Below are positions 8,327-21,828 of a stretch of 64,000 nt of DNA, one piece after another; position 1 is the first letter of the stretch; every line of letters begins with the position of its first letter. The stretch is from Candidatus Hydrogenedentota bacterium (GTDB lineage Bacteria > Hydrogenedentota > Hydrogenedentia > Hydrogenedentales > SLHB01). The stretch lies in assembly GCA_963745075.1 (NCBI GenBank), contig CAVUWV010000017.1, positions 123,947 to 187,946 of the forward strand. The letters are read 5' to 3'. Below the pieces are notes generated by a model. That model was not told the DNA's origin and ran no database searches. It saw nothing but the letters and a program-made list of their open reading frames with translations. A program made the position numbers and the translations under genes.

Positions 8327-8605
8327 CGGGACTCCCTCCAAGTTCGACGAGAGCACCATCTGCCCATACCAACATGGCGACGGCCCCCTCGTGCGGTAAA
8401 CGCTTTTCTGCGCTGACCCCTCGTGGCGAGTGGGTGCCTGACTCGCCAATTGGCGTGAGCCACGCACAGTCCAACGCTCGCCGGACGAATCACGAATGCC
8501 CCAGATTGTCGGCTCCTGGATACGTCCTCGATTGGACTATACTCGGCCGAGTATCCCCCGTATGGAATGGCCCCTGCCATTTAGCCCCAAGCCCCATAGA
8601 GCGCC

Positions 8606-8634
8606 AGTATATGTGCTCTCTCCGATTTCGTCAA
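8606..8634 (-). promoter_or_regulatory. Near-consensus sigma-70 promoter pointing toward P4
   Basis: Minus strand TTGACG-N17-TATACT. Confidence 0.7.
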
Positions 8635-8759
8635 CGCCGCTACTGACGCCCATCTTCCTTTCCGGTCCCATTTGTGGCCGATTGGCGAAGGGGCTCCCGG
8701 ACGCGTTAGAATACGGTTCTACGTGAAGCATTGTGTTTCTTCCAATTCCGAGCATATCC

Positions 8760-9116
8760 ATGGCGACGCGCAAGAAAAATGATTCCGACCGGCAAGCTCC
8801 CGCTGGTGTTGGCGAAATCCTCGAATCCCTGAAGGCCAAAACCCGCTTGGGCAAGCAGCTCAATCAGGCCCAGATCTGGGAGCAGTGGCCCGAGGTCGCC
8901 GGACAATACCTCTGCGGGCACGGTCATCCGGTTACCGTGAAAGACAAGACCTTGCACGTCGAAGCGTACAGCGCGGTCTGGATGCACAAATTCGCATACC
9001 ACAAGTGGGACATCATCAAACGAATTAACCGGATTGCGGGCCAGGAATTGGTGTCCGACATCTTCATACTGCTTGGCGACGGCTCGCAGCCCGGCCCTTC
9101 ACAAGATGACGTGTAG
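8760..9116 (+). CDS. dciA: DUF721/DciA family protein (replicative helicase loader)
   Basis: WEQWPEVAG...HP...LHVEAYSAVWMH...IIKRIN pattern; canonical position between recF and gyrB. Confidence 0.8.
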   Translation: MATRKKNDSDRQAPAGVGEILESLKAKTRLGKQLNQAQIWEQWPEVAGQYLCGHGHPVTVKDKTLHVEAYSAVWMHKFAYHKWDIIKRINRIAGQELVSDIFILLGDGSQPGPSQDDV

Positions 9117-9126
9117 GTGCTGCTGA

Positions 9127-11658
<2,532 letters not shown>

Positions 11659-11735
11659 CCGTACGGCCGGGGCGTCATCCGGCGTAGACCCGGCACTCTT
11701 CGTATACGGCGACCGTCGTGCGCGGAGAAGGGACA

Positions 11736-14258
11736 ATGCAAGAGGAAGAAATGGATACACCGACCGAACGAGTTGTGCCAATCGCCATCGAGCAGGAAAT
11801 GAAAACATCGTTCATGGATTATTCCATGAGCGTAATCGTGAGCCGCGCGCTTCCGGACGTGCGCGACGGGTTGAAGCCCGTGCATCGTCGAATCCTCTAC
11901 GCCATGCACGAACTGGGCCTCGTACACAACCGCGGCTACCGCAAATCCGCCGCCATCGTCGGCGAGACCATGGGGAAATACCATCCCCACGGCGACCAGG
12001 CGCTGTACGACACACTCGTGCGCATGGCGCAACCCTGGTCCATGCGGTATCCCCTTATCGACGGACAGGGAAACTTCGGATCCATCGACGGCGATAGTCC
12101 CGCCGCCATGCGGTACACGGAATCGAGAATGTCCGCGATCACCGCCGAAATGCTGGCCGATATCCAGAAGAATACGGTCGACACCCAGGACAACTACGAC
12201 AGCACCCAGCAGGAACCCACCGTACTTCCTTCGGCCATTCCCAACCTGCTCGTGAACGGCTCCTACGGGATCGCCGTGGGCATGGCCACGAGTTGTCCCC
12301 CGCACAACCTGACGGAAGTGTGCGACGCCGTCGTGCACCTCATTGACAATCCCGAAGCGAAGACCAAGGATCTAATGCGCTTCGTGCGCGCGCCGGATTT
12401 CCCGACCGGTGGCATCATCTACGGCTCCGAAGGCCTGACGCAGGCCTACCGCACGGGGCGCGGTCGCGTCATCGTTCGCGCAAAGGTTTCCATCGAACAT
12501 GATGAGACCAGCGGAAAAGATCGCATCATCGTTCACGAGATTCCCTATCAGGTCAACAAAGCCCGCGTCATCGAGAATATCGCGGACCTCGTGCGATCCA
12601 AGTCCATCGAAGGCATTACGGACCTGCGCGATGAATCCGACCGGGACGGCATGCGCATCGTCATCGAGATCCGCAAAGGCGATGAACCCCAGGTCATCCT
12701 GAACCAACTGTACAAACACACGCAGATGCAGGACACGTTCAGCATTCTGATGCTGGCCCTGGTAAACAATCAGCCGCGGGTCCTATCGCTGGTCGAAGTG
12801 GTCCAGTACTACATCCTGCATCGCTCGGAGATCGTGAAGCGGCGAACCGAGTACGATCTCGCCCAGGCCGAGGCCCGCGCCCATATCGTCGAAGGCCTGC
12901 TCAAAGCCATCGACCATATCGATGAAGTCATCGCCATTATTCGCGGATCCGACGACGCCGATATCGCCCGCGAACGGCTGAAAGAGCGGTTCGAATTCTC
13001 GGAAGTGCAAGCCAACGCCATTCTCGCCATGCGTTTGCGCCGTTTAACGGGGCTGGAACGCGAGGAACTGGAAAAGGAATATACCGACCTGCTCAAACAG
13101 ATCGAGATGTACCGGCAGATCCTTTCCAGCGAAAAGACCATTCTTGCGGAGGTTCGCAAAGAAATCCTGGCCGTCAAAGAGAAATACGGCGACGCGCGCC
13201 GAACCCAAATTCTCGCCGAGCGGTCCGAGTTCAGCGTCGAAGATTTTATTGCCGACGAAGACATGGTCGTGACGATTTCGAACCAGGGCTACATCAAACG
13301 CGTTCCCGTGAGCGCCTACCGGAAACAGCGTCGCGGTGGCCGCGGCGTCACCGGGATGGAAACGAAAGAAGAGGATTTCGTGAAAGACCTCTTCATCGCG
13401 TCGGCCCACGAGTATTTGCTCTTCTTTACGAATCAGGGCCGCGTGTATTGGCGCAAGGTACACGAGCTGCCAAAAGCCAGCCGGACCGCCAAAGGGCGCG
13501 CCATCGTGAACGTCCTCGACCTGACCGGCGAGGAAATGGTAACGGCCAGTTTGCCCGTACGCGATCTTGACGAAGACGGAAAGTTCGTCTTTATGGTGAC
13601 GGAAAAAGGCGTTGTCAAGAAGACCGCCTTGAAGGCGTTTAGCAATCCGCGTTCGACGGGGATCATCGCGCTGGATCTCGATAAAGACGACACCTTGATG
13701 GAGGTGTCCATCACGTCCGGAGAAGATAACATCCTCATCGCGACCTACCTCGGGATGTCCATCCGGTTCCCCGAGAAAGATGTCCGCGCCATGGGCCGGA
13801 CCGCGCGCGGCGTCATCGGCATCCGCATGGCGAAAGGCGACCGCGTGATCGGCGTTTCCATCGCCGATGACGACATGACCGTGCTCAGTGTAAGCGAGAA
13901 CGGTTATGGCAAACGCACCAAAGTCGGCGAGTACCGGCTCCAACACCGCGGGGGCCAGGGCATCATCAACATCAAAACCACGGAGCGCAATGGCAGCGTC
14001 GTCGGCATGATGACCGTCGACGACGGCGACGAAATCGTCGTAGTTAGTACCGACGGAATTATCATCCGGACAGCGGTGAAGGACATTCGCACCATCGGTC
14101 GCAACACGCAGGGCGTCAAGATTATGACCCCGACCGCCGGCGCCAAGGTGAGCGCGGTAGCCCGATCCATTGCCGAAGAAAAGCAGGATCAGGTGGCGGA
14201 CGAGGCAGCCGAACTTGCTGGCAACGCCGACCCGGATGCCGCCTCCGAAGAAGAATAG
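11736..14258 (+). CDS. gyrA: DNA gyrase subunit A (start 11736 or 11751)
   Basis: [19 protein letters not shown], catalytic AAMRYTE, GyrA-box QRRGGRG, C-terminal pinwheel repeats. Confidence 0.97.
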   Translation: MQEEEMDTPTERVVPIAIEQEMKTSFMDYSMSVIVSRALPDVRDGLKPVHRRILYAMHELGLVHNRGYRKSAAIVGETMGKYHPHGDQALYDTLVRMAQPWSMRYPLIDGQGNFGSIDGDSPAAMRYTESRMSAITAEMLADIQKNTVDTQDNYDSTQQEPTVLPSAIPNLLVNGSYGIAVGMATSCPPHNLTEVCDAVVHLIDNPEAKTKDLMRFVRAPDFPTGGIIYGSEGLTQAYRTGRGRVIVRAKVSIEHDETSGKDRIIVHEIPYQVNKARVIENIADLVRSKSIEGITDLRDESDRDGMRIVIEIRKGDEPQVILNQLYKHTQMQDTFSILMLALVNNQPRVLSLVEVVQYYILHRSEIVKRRTEYDLAQAEARAHIVEGLLKAIDHIDEVIAIIRGSDDADIARERLKERFEFSEVQANAILAMRLRRLTGLEREELEKEYTDLLKQIEMYRQILSSEKTILAEVRKEILAVKEKYGDARRTQILAERSEFSVEDFIADEDMVVTISNQGYIKRVPVSAYRKQRRGGRGVTGMETKEEDFVKDLFIASAHEYLLFFTNQGRVYWRKVHELPKASRTAKGRAIVNVLDLTGEEMVTASLPVRDLDEDGKFVFMVTEKGVVKKTALKAFSNPRSTGIIALDLDKDDTLMEVSITSGEDNILIATYLGMSIRFPEKDVRAMGRTARGVIGIRMAKGDRVIGVSIADDDMTVLSVSENGYGKRTKVGEYRLQHRGGQGIINIKTTERNGSVVGMMTVDDGDEIVVVSTDGIIIRTAVKDIRTIGRNTQGVKIMTPTAGAKVSAVARSIAEEKQDQVADEAAELAGNADPDAASEEE

Positions 14259-14296
14259 CGGTAAGAACAATCTTGCAGACGTGTACGATTCAAAGT

Positions 14297-14318
14297 GCCC
14301 GGCATGGTTGTGCCGGGC
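14297..14318. terminator. Hairpin between convergent gyrA and MATE genes
   Basis: GCCCGGCA/TGCCGGGC stem flanked by AAA and TTT. Confidence 0.6.
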
Positions 14319-14333
14319 GCCTTTGTTGTGTAA

Positions 14334-15719
14334 TCAGACGACGATCGGTTTCCAGCGGGCGCGGCCAAAGACGTAGTGCGTGAGCAGGTACCGCGTGAAA
14401 TGACTGATCAAAATCGCTTGCCAGATGGCGCCAGCTGTCAGTATGCCTAAAGAGTTATAGATCTGGCACACGCCCAGCAAGACGAAGATCTGCGTGACGA
14501 TGGCGATCCACATGGGCTTTTGCGTCTGGCCCGCGCCAATCAAGCCGCCCGTAAACGCGAGACCCGCCGAAAGGAAGATCCCGGAAATGGAAAGGTATCG
14601 GAGGAGGGATGTGCCGAATGCGACCACGTGCGGATCTCTCAAATTGAAGATCCCCAGAAAGAATTCCGCGTGGTTCCACATCGCTACGCCCCACACGAAC
14701 GCCCACATTACCCCCAACACCGCGGCGACGCGCACGCCCGACTTGCCTCGTTCGCTTTTCCCCGCGCCAACGTTCTGTCCAACCAACGCCGCGGCCGCAC
14801 TGCGCAACCCCAACGATGCCCACGTGACGAATGAAAAGAGCTGCGCATAGCAGACCGTGTAGGCCGCCATAGCCTCCGACGCAAAGTCGAGCCGGTCGAT
14901 GAAAACCACGATCCCGATTGCGCCGATGTTCAGGACAACGCCATTGATGGCCGTGGGGATTCCAATCCGCAGCACGGACTTCATGACACCCCAGTCGGGT
15001 CTCAAGGTCCAGCGGCGGGGTAGTTGAAGAATCAATCGGCCCCGATAGAGTAAGTATGCGGCGATGATGAGCCCTGGGATGGGAGCGAGGCACGTGCCCA
15101 AAGCCGCGCCCGCAGGTCCCATGGGCGGAAACGGACCGAGACCCGCAATGAAGACAATGGTGAATAACACGTTGAGGATTACGCTCAAGACCACGAGCAC
15201 GAGCGGAGTCCGCGGATCGCCGCTGGACTGCATCGCAGTGCCCATTAAGAAGTTGAAAGACAACGGTGCGCCGCAAGCGAACATCACCCGGAGATAAGGC
15301 AGGGCGTAATGTCTGACCTGGGGCTCGTCATTCACAATGAAGAGTAAGCGCAGAATGTGCGGCGCGAGCCAGTATCCCAACGGCGCTACCACGAAGATCA
15401 CCACATAAAATGTACACAATACCGTGTGATAGAGAACGTCGGACATGGCTTCCCGATTCTGCCGTCCGGCGTACTGCGCGATCATGACTCCCATGCCGTT
15501 AAAGAGGGAGGCTAAAGACACCACCACCACGAGGAAAAGGGTCCACGCCACACCAATCGCCGCATTGGCTTCGTGATGCTGTACATAATGACCCACCAGG
15601 ATCTGATCCACCATCCCCGGGACACCGTTGATGAGGTTCATCAACACAATGGGCCACGACAGCTTCCACACGGAGCGGACGATGCTGCCTGACACCAGTT
15701 CCTCGTCGAATGGTTTCAT
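14334..15719 (-). CDS. MATE family efflux transporter
   Basis: About 12 TM segments; LSWPIVL, GDPRTPL...LNV, MGPAGAALGT, LRIGIP, VGQNVGAG. Confidence 0.93.
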   Translation of the reverse strand: MKPFDEELVSGSIVRSVWKLSWPIVLMNLINGVPGMVDQILVGHYVQHHEANAAIGVAWTLFLVVVVSLASLFNGMGVMIAQYAGRQNREAMSDVLYHTVLCTFYVVIFVVAPLGYWLAPHILRLLFIVNDEPQVRHYALPYLRVMFACGAPLSFNFLMGTAMQSSGDPRTPLVLVVLSVILNVLFTIVFIAGLGPFPPMGPAGAALGTCLAPIPGLIIAAYLLYRGRLILQLPRRWTLRPDWGVMKSVLRIGIPTAINGVVLNIGAIGIVVFIDRLDFASEAMAAYTVCYAQLFSFVTWASLGLRSAAAALVGQNVGAGKSERGKSGVRVAAVLGVMWAFVWGVAMWNHAEFFLGIFNLRDPHVVAFGTSLLRYLSISGIFLSAGLAFTGGLIGAGQTQKPMWIAIVTQIFVLLGVCQIYNSLGILTAGAIWQAILISHFTRYLLTHYVFGRARWKPIVV

Positions 15720-15985
15720 TTCGTATTCCGATGAATTGCGTCGCCGCCAACGGGCGCGGGCGTTCGGCCGACGCCTCGGGTGGGTATCCCTGCTACAGAG
15801 TCCATCACATTTGGCCGATCGCTGGGAACGCCGGACTATACCACGTTTTGACCGGCGTTCTCATTTCCGCCGCAAGCCACGAATCTCCGTCGCCGGCCAT
15901 TCGCGAAACGTGACACCAATTCTCGCGGACATCTGCTATGATGGTATCGGGCGTGGCACACGCTGGGTCGTGGGAATTCGTTGCG

Positions 15986-16285
15986 ATGGATCACCAATTG
16001 TTCGCCTACGGAACGCTTCTAAGCGCGTCGGTTCAACGCGCGGTCATCGGCCGTGCCGTCTCGGGCGAGACTGCGGAACTGACCGGGTTTCGCAAGACCA
16101 CCCTCCAAGATGGTGATGAAGTATTCCCCAACCTTGTTCCCGCACCCGGCGAAACCGTTTCCGGCCAAGTGTTTGAAATCACCGAGTCCGAATTGTCCCG
16201 CGTCGATCGCTATGAAGGCGACCTCTACGCCCGCCACCGTGTGACGCTGACGGACGGCCGCGAAGTTTGGGTCTATTACTCCTGA
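15986..16285 (+). CDS. Gamma-glutamylcyclotransferase-like (AIG2/GGCT) protein
   Basis: LFAYGTL, VSGQV, DRYEG.Y.R, WVY. Confidence 0.85.
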   Translation: MDHQLFAYGTLLSASVQRAVIGRAVSGETAELTGFRKTTLQDGDEVFPNLVPAPGETVSGQVFEITESELSRVDRYEGDLYARHRVTLTDGREVWVYYS

Positions 16286-16289
16286 ATCC

Positions 16290-17780
16290 CTAACGCTTCA
16301 AGAGTAGCAATCCGTCCAGCCCGAAGTAATACCCCGCCGAGTCCACATTCTTGCCCACGTTGCGCACCGTCAGCGTGTGGGTCCCCGCGCCCAACTTGCG
16401 CGGGGGCATCTGGCGCTCGCGTGTGACCACCGTCGGATGGTACTGATCGATCGGCGTGCCCAGGGGAGCCCCATCCAATTCGTACTGAAAGATTCCGTAA
16501 TCATGCGAAAACGTCATGATGAGCACGATGGTGTATGTGTTCTCTTCCGTCACTTCAAACGGAATACTTATGCTCTGATTCGCCTCGGTTGGCGTCCAGA
16601 ACAACTGGGCGCCACCGCTCCAGGCGCCGCCCTCCTGCTTCGACAGGGGTCCCGCAGTGGCCGCCGTCTTGTCCAGGAGACCCTCCGCCTCCAGCGTATT
16701 GCTGAAATCGTAGTAAAGCCTATCGTATCCCACCGGCATCGCCGGATAGGCCTTGTGCGGTTCAAGCTGGTACCAGAACGCCACGGAAGAATCGTCGTCG
16801 GGCCGCTCGCCGTACCCGGACGTCATCTTGTCGTTCTCATCGAATACGGGACCGACGTGCTCGATTTCCACGCGCAGGGATTTCGTAAACGTCACGGGAT
16901 CGGTGATGTGCCAGCGATACACCGACGTCCGATCCCCGCGCTTGAATCCCTCGAACAAGGGCGCGCCGTAAAACGAACCGGATTGCACCCGGAAGCCCCA
17001 ACCGTCGCAGAAGTAATCCTCCGTGCCCGTGCCGCGAAGGCTGGGTTCGTTCTCCCCATCAATGTAAAAGAAGTCGTCTCCTTCCCCAAACCAACTCGGC
17101 ATGTTCTGCCGGCAGTTCAGTACCGTTCCGACATAGTGGCCGCGCCCCGCGATGTCCGCAATCAGGTACCGTTGCCCCATGGTGGCGGGAAACTCCTGGC
17201 GGTACATCGCATGAAAGTACGCCGTCTTCCTGGGGAGTTTTGGTAGTTTTTGCCAATCGACGTAGTAGTAGAACGCATCTGTTCGCAGCCGTCCCTCATT
17301 CGTGACGGTGATCTTCGCCGACTTCTTGAACGGCATCGGCCAATAGCAGTTCCGGCCGCGGCCATCCGACGTCACGCGCACAGGAAGCGAGTCAAAGGGG
17401 ATGTCCAAACCGTGTCCAATCCCGAAGAAATCGCCGATCGGCGCTTCAACGGACGGATGCTCTTCGCCGTCCCAATACATGCGCAACACGAGGAGCCGCG
17501 AATAGCCGCGCTCTTTTGACGCGATGGTATTCCAGATGTGATTGATGACGCCCGGCCCTTCCAGTTCCGCCACGACCAGCGTGTCGCCCGGTTCGATGGG
17601 GCGCGCGTCCCCATTGCCGCCTTGCCAATTGGGATCGCTGGACGACGCCCGCATCGTGTGGCCTTCCTTTAGCGTGGCGAGATCGTTCAGAGGGCCGTTG
17701 AAGAGCCCTTCTGCCCACACGGAAGTGGCGAATACTGCGGCCAAGAGTGCTGTTCCGAAATATCTCCCAATCGTACGCAT
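16290..17780 (-). CDS. DUF2961 (GH172-like) glycoside hydrolase, secreted
   Basis: Signal peptide; GPGVINHIW, PSVEAPIGDFFG, YWPMPF, WFGEGDD, GTGTEDYF, YRWH. Confidence 0.9.
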   Translation of the reverse strand: MRTIGRYFGTALLAAVFATSVWAEGLFNGPLNDLATLKEGHTMRASSSDPNWQGGNGDARPIEPGDTLVVAELEGPGVINHIWNTIASKERGYSRLLVLRMYWDGEEHPSVEAPIGDFFGIGHGLDIPFDSLPVRVTSDGRGRNCYWPMPFKKSAKITVTNEGRLRTDAFYYYVDWQKLPKLPRKTAYFHAMYRQEFPATMGQRYLIADIAGRGHYVGTVLNCRQNMPSWFGEGDDFFYIDGENEPSLRGTGTEDYFCDGWGFRVQSGSFYGAPLFEGFKRGDRTSVYRWHITDPVTFTKSLRVEIEHVGPVFDENDKMTSGYGERPDDDSSVAFWYQLEPHKAYPAMPVGYDRLYYDFSNTLEAEGLLDKTAATAGPLSKQEGGAWSGGAQLFWTPTEANQSISIPFEVTEENTYTIVLIMTFSHDYGIFQYELDGAPLGTPIDQYHPTVVTRERQMPPRKLGAGTHTLTVRNVGKNVDSAGYYFGLDGLLLLKR

Positions 17781-17967
17781 ACGAACCCCCTCTCCGAATC
17801 CGGTTCATTGTGAATGCCCTGGATTCCGCCAGCATGCGAAAGCATCGCGGAGGTTGTCAAGACGCACGTAACCGCGAAAGACGGCAATCGGTGGACTCAA
17901 CCCCGGAATTTCTGCTACGATCCGTCCCTTACAAAAGCAACAATCGTTTGCAGCCCAAGTGCCTTGC

Positions 17968-18059
<92 letters not shown>

Positions 18060-18133
18060 CTATGCTCTTGCGTTCCCTGTCCTGATATCCGCGTCGTGTT
18101 TACCCGCAATCGCTAATCAAATCTCGTCGGTTT

Positions 18134-18162
18134 TTGACACCCCGAAAACGCTTGTCTATACT
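18134..18162 (+). promoter_or_regulatory. Near-consensus sigma-70 promoter upstream of the oxidoreductase-sucrose genes
   Basis: TTGACA-N17-TATACT. Confidence 0.75.
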
Positions 18163-18323
18163 GATTTCTCATGACTTCTGAAGTATATGCGGCCGCGGTG
18201 TACGGCCAGCATTTCGACCCGCAACCGCATGACCCGTGCAGTGCGCCGTCCCTTCGAACCTCCAGATTGTCCCGCCGCTGCAACGGGCGTTCACGAATAC
18301 GCTGAATCCCGGAGTACCGCGTA

Positions 18324-19316
18324 ATGAGCGACCAAATTCGTTGGGGAATACTGGGTACCGGTGATATCGCCCGTCAGATGGCCGAGGATCTCCGCTCGGT
18401 TTCCGCAGCGGAACTGCGCGCCGTGGCGTCCCGCACGGCCGAACGGGCTGGGCAATTCGCGGATGCCCACGGCATCCCCGTCCGTTATGGCAACTACCAA
18501 GCCCTCGCCGCCGATCCCAACATCGATGTGATCTACATCGCGACGCCGCATGTCCGGCACTGTTCGGATACCCTCATGTGCATCGAGGCGGGCAAGGCCG
18601 TTTTGTGTGAGAAACCCCTGGCGATCAACGCCCTGGAAGCCCAGCGCATGGTGGACGCTGCGAAAGCGGCGAACGTTTTTCTCATGGAAGCAATGTGGAC
18701 GGCATTTTTCCCCGCCGTCCAGTGGGCGCTTGGCGCCATCGAGGACGGTGTGATTGGCACGCCGCGTTTCGTATCCGCCGATTTCTCGTATAAGGCTACG
18801 TTGGGACCGGAGAGCCGACTGTTGAACAAGGAACTGGGCGGCGGCGCGCTGCTCGACATCGGCATCTACCCGGTGGCGCTGGCGGATATGGTGTTTGCCG
18901 TGGAGCCGGAGCGGATCCAGTCCACGTGGATGCAAGGCGAGACGGGGGTAGACGTTGCCAGCGCCGTGGTGTTTGACTATCCCGGCCGCGGCCGCGCGGT
19001 CCTGAGTTCCTCACTCGAGTATTTCGCGCCCCAGGACGCGGTCATCGCAGGAGACGACGGATATATCGTTTTGCGTGACAAGTTCTCGCAACCCGACCGA
19101 TGCCGCATCGTCGACCATGGCAATGTCACCGACCGGGTTTTCGATCGTGAAGGCTATGGGTATCATTACGAAGCCTCGGAAGTTGTGGACTGTCTCAAGA
19201 ACGGGCGTACGGAGAGTATCCGTGCACCACTCGAAGCGTCGCTCCGGGTGATGAAGATCCTTGATCGTATTCGGGCGGATTGGGGCTTGCGTTACCCCAA
19301 CGATACTATGGCCTAG
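18324..19316 (+). CDS. Gfo/Idh/MocA family oxidoreductase
   Basis: IRWGILGTGDIA, VLCEKP, FLMEAMW, GGGALLDIGIY. Confidence 0.92.
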   Translation: MSDQIRWGILGTGDIARQMAEDLRSVSAAELRAVASRTAERAGQFADAHGIPVRYGNYQALAADPNIDVIYIATPHVRHCSDTLMCIEAGKAVLCEKPLAINALEAQRMVDAAKAANVFLMEAMWTAFFPAVQWALGAIEDGVIGTPRFVSADFSYKATLGPESRLLNKELGGGALLDIGIYPVALADMVFAVEPERIQSTWMQGETGVDVASAVVFDYPGRGRAVLSSSLEYFAPQDAVIAGDDGYIVLRDKFSQPDRCRIVDHGNVTDRVFDREGYGYHYEASEVVDCLKNGRTESIRAPLEASLRVMKILDRIRADWGLRYPNDTMA

Positions 19317-19331
19317 CAACATGCAGAAGGA

Positions 19332-21812
19332 ATGGATGACCGCGACATGGCACAACCAGCACCGGTAGAAACACCCATCGAAAGCACTAACGGCGACAGC
19401 ATCAACGACTGGGCGACGTCGCTCGCCGCGCGTGCACGTCCGGTTGAATTGCTCGATCCCGCATTCGTTCCGGTTGCGAAGCGTTTCCTCATGGGGCTTC
19501 GCGAACGGGAAGGTGAAATTGTGCTTCGTGACCGCATCCATCGGGCGCTTATCGACTTTCTCGAAACGGAAACTGACTCGGATCCCGAATTGACCAATGC
19601 CCTTCGGCGGGTGTTCCGGGGTTGCCAGGAGGTTTTCTACAGCTCCACCCATGTGTACGCGTTGTTACGGCCCCGTGTGGCCACCAAACGGATCGTGCGC
19701 CTGTATTTCGAGTCCGATCAGTTCGAAGAGGTAAGCCGGTATTACTTCCTGCAAGTAAAGGACGCCTACATTCAAGGGTGGGGGGAAGCTTGCCGGGCGG
19801 GGTTAGTTCTCGATTTTCGCCCGTTCTTCCATGAATACCCGAAGGTGCGGCAAGCGTCGGCCATGGGCAGCGGAATCTCCGTGCTGAACCGCCACCTCGC
19901 CGGGAAGATGCATCAGAATCCGGATCGATTTCGCAACGCGTTGGCGGACTATCTCCGGAGCTTTCAACTGGATCGCGTGAGTTTGCTCACCAACGACCGA
20001 ATCACCTCCGGCGCCGTGCTGCAGGAAAAACTTGAGACCGTCGACGATTGGCTTTCCGAAGAAGATACCGAGCGCCCATACCGCGAAATCGCGGACCGCT
20101 TGCGCCGGCATGGTTTTGAACCCGGTTGGGGCGCTACGGCCGGCGCCGTCCTGGAGAGCCTGGGCGGAGTGTCGGAGGTGTTGGACTCGGCCGACCCGGA
20201 ACGCCTGGAGCGGCTCCTAGGGCGGCTTCCCCTGACGCGTACCGTACTCATGGTGTCTCCGCACGGTTGGTTCGCTCAGAAAAACGTTCTTGGTAAGCCC
20301 GACACCGGCGGGCAGGTGACTTACGTGCTCGACCAGGCCCGCGCGCTCGAACGTGAAATGCGCGCGCGTTTTGTCGCGTGCGGCATCGACGCAAAACCCC
20401 ATATCGCCATCCTGACGCGTCTCATCCCCGAATCCGAAGACACCTCGTGCCACGAGCCGCGCGAACATGTCGAGGGCAGCGAGAATTGTTGGATCATCCG
20501 CGTTCCCTTCAAATATTCGGACGGAAATATCCATCCCCACTGGGTGTCGCGCTTCCACATCTGGCCGTATCTCGAGGGATTTACCCTTGACGCGAAAGAA
20601 GCGCTCCTCATGGAATTCATGGCGATCCCCGATCTCATCATCGGTCACTACAGCGACGGAAACCTGGTCGCCCACCGCTTGGCCGGCGATCTCGGCACGA
20701 CCCATTGCGCCGCCGTTCACGCGCTCGAAAAGACCAAGTACCTGATGAGTGACATGCACTGGGCGGACATGGAAAGCGAATACCATTTCTCGTGCCAGTT
20801 CACCGCGGACATGATCGCCTACAACGCTGCGGACTTCATCATCTCCAGTTCCTATCGCGAAATCGGCGGAACCGACACCGAAATGGGCATGTTCGAGTCC
20901 TACGAAACCTTTTCCATGCCGGGGCTTTACCGTGTAACCTCGGGAATGGATCCGCGGCTCGCCCGCTACAACATCGTGCCGCCCGGCGCCAGCGAAGAGT
21001 ACTTCTTCCCATACACGAACAAAGAAGATCGCTGTGAAGCCGCAGCGGAAAAACTTGGTTCGCTGCTTTTCGTCGCCGACGCGCCCGAAGGCTGCGTAGG
21101 CCGGCTGGCGAATCCCGACCTGCCGCCCGTGTTTGCCATGTCGCGTGTCGATCGGGTCAAGAATCTTCCGGGGCTAATCGAAGCCTACGGCCAGAGCGAA
21201 GCCCTGCGCGAATCGGCAAACCTCGTAATCATGTCCTCCATTACGCGCGTCGAAGAATCGAAGGACCAGGAAGAAATCGATCAGCTGCGCCGGATGTACG
21301 ATTTGATCGACCACTACCAACTGGACGGCTCGATCCGCTGGTGTGCCGCCCGCCTCGACAAGGCCGAGACCGGCGAGATCTACCGCGTCGTCGCGGACCG
21401 CGGAGGCGTATTCGCTCAGCCCGCGTTCATGGAAACGTTCGGGTTGACCGTCATTGAAGCCATGGCCTGCGGATTGCCCGTCGTCGTGACCTGCTTCGGC
21501 GGTCCGGCGGAAATCGTCGAGCATCGGCGCTCCGGCGAAGTGGTCGATCCCAATAACATGGAGGCCACGGCCGACGCCTTGCGGCGAATCGTTACCCAAA
21601 ACGACTTATGGCAGAACTACAGCCGGGAAGGAATCGAGCGCGTTCACCGGGCGTTTCATTGGAGAGCGCATGCCGAGCGCGTGCTGCGCCTGGCAAATAC
21701 CTATTCGTTCTGGGATTATCTTGACGTTATGAACCGACAAGCCCTCGACCAGTACATTCACACGCTCTACCACACGGTGTACCGCCCGCGCGCGGTCGAG
21801 GCACTAAGCTAA
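19332..21812 (+). CDS. sus: Sucrose synthase (GT4)
   Basis: 826 aa; SPHGWFAQ..VLGKPDTGGQVTYVLDQARALE, HYSDGNLVA, HALEKTKY, QFTADMIA, QPAFMETFGLTVIEAM. Confidence 0.93.
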   Translation: MDDRDMAQPAPVETPIESTNGDSINDWATSLAARARPVELLDPAFVPVAKRFLMGLREREGEIVLRDRIHRALIDFLETETDSDPELTNALRRVFRGCQEVFYSSTHVYALLRPRVATKRIVRLYFESDQFEEVSRYYFLQVKDAYIQGWGEACRAGLVLDFRPFFHEYPKVRQASAMGSGISVLNRHLAGKMHQNPDRFRNALADYLRSFQLDRVSLLTNDRITSGAVLQEKLETVDDWLSEEDTERPYREIADRLRRHGFEPGWGATAGAVLESLGGVSEVLDSADPERLERLLGRLPLTRTVLMVSPHGWFAQKNVLGKPDTGGQVTYVLDQARALEREMRARFVACGIDAKPHIAILTRLIPESEDTSCHEPREHVEGSENCWIIRVPFKYSDGNIHPHWVSRFHIWPYLEGFTLDAKEALLMEFMAIPDLIIGHYSDGNLVAHRLAGDLGTTHCAAVHALEKTKYLMSDMHWADMESEYHFSCQFTADMIAYNAADFIISSSYREIGGTDTEMGMFESYETFSMPGLYRVTSGMDPRLARYNIVPPGASEEYFFPYTNKEDRCEAAAEKLGSLLFVADAPEGCVGRLANPDLPPVFAMSRVDRVKNLPGLIEAYGQSEALRESANLVIMSSITRVEESKDQEEIDQLRRMYDLIDHYQLDGSIRWCAARLDKAETGEIYRVVADRGGVFAQPAFMETFGLTVIEAMACGLPVVVTCFGGPAEIVEHRRSGEVVDPNNMEATADALRRIVTQNDLWQNYSREGIERVHRAFHWRAHAERVLRLANTYSFWDYLDVMNRQALDQYIHTLYHTVYRPRAVEALS

Positions 21813-21828
21813 ACCAGCAAGGAGATTC

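Noticed and set aside
13044..14270. Long antisense ORFs (for example 13044-14270, 21727-23226, 29970-31388, 58842-60263)
   Set aside because: They are shadow ORFs of well-supported genes, as expected from high-GC codon bias.
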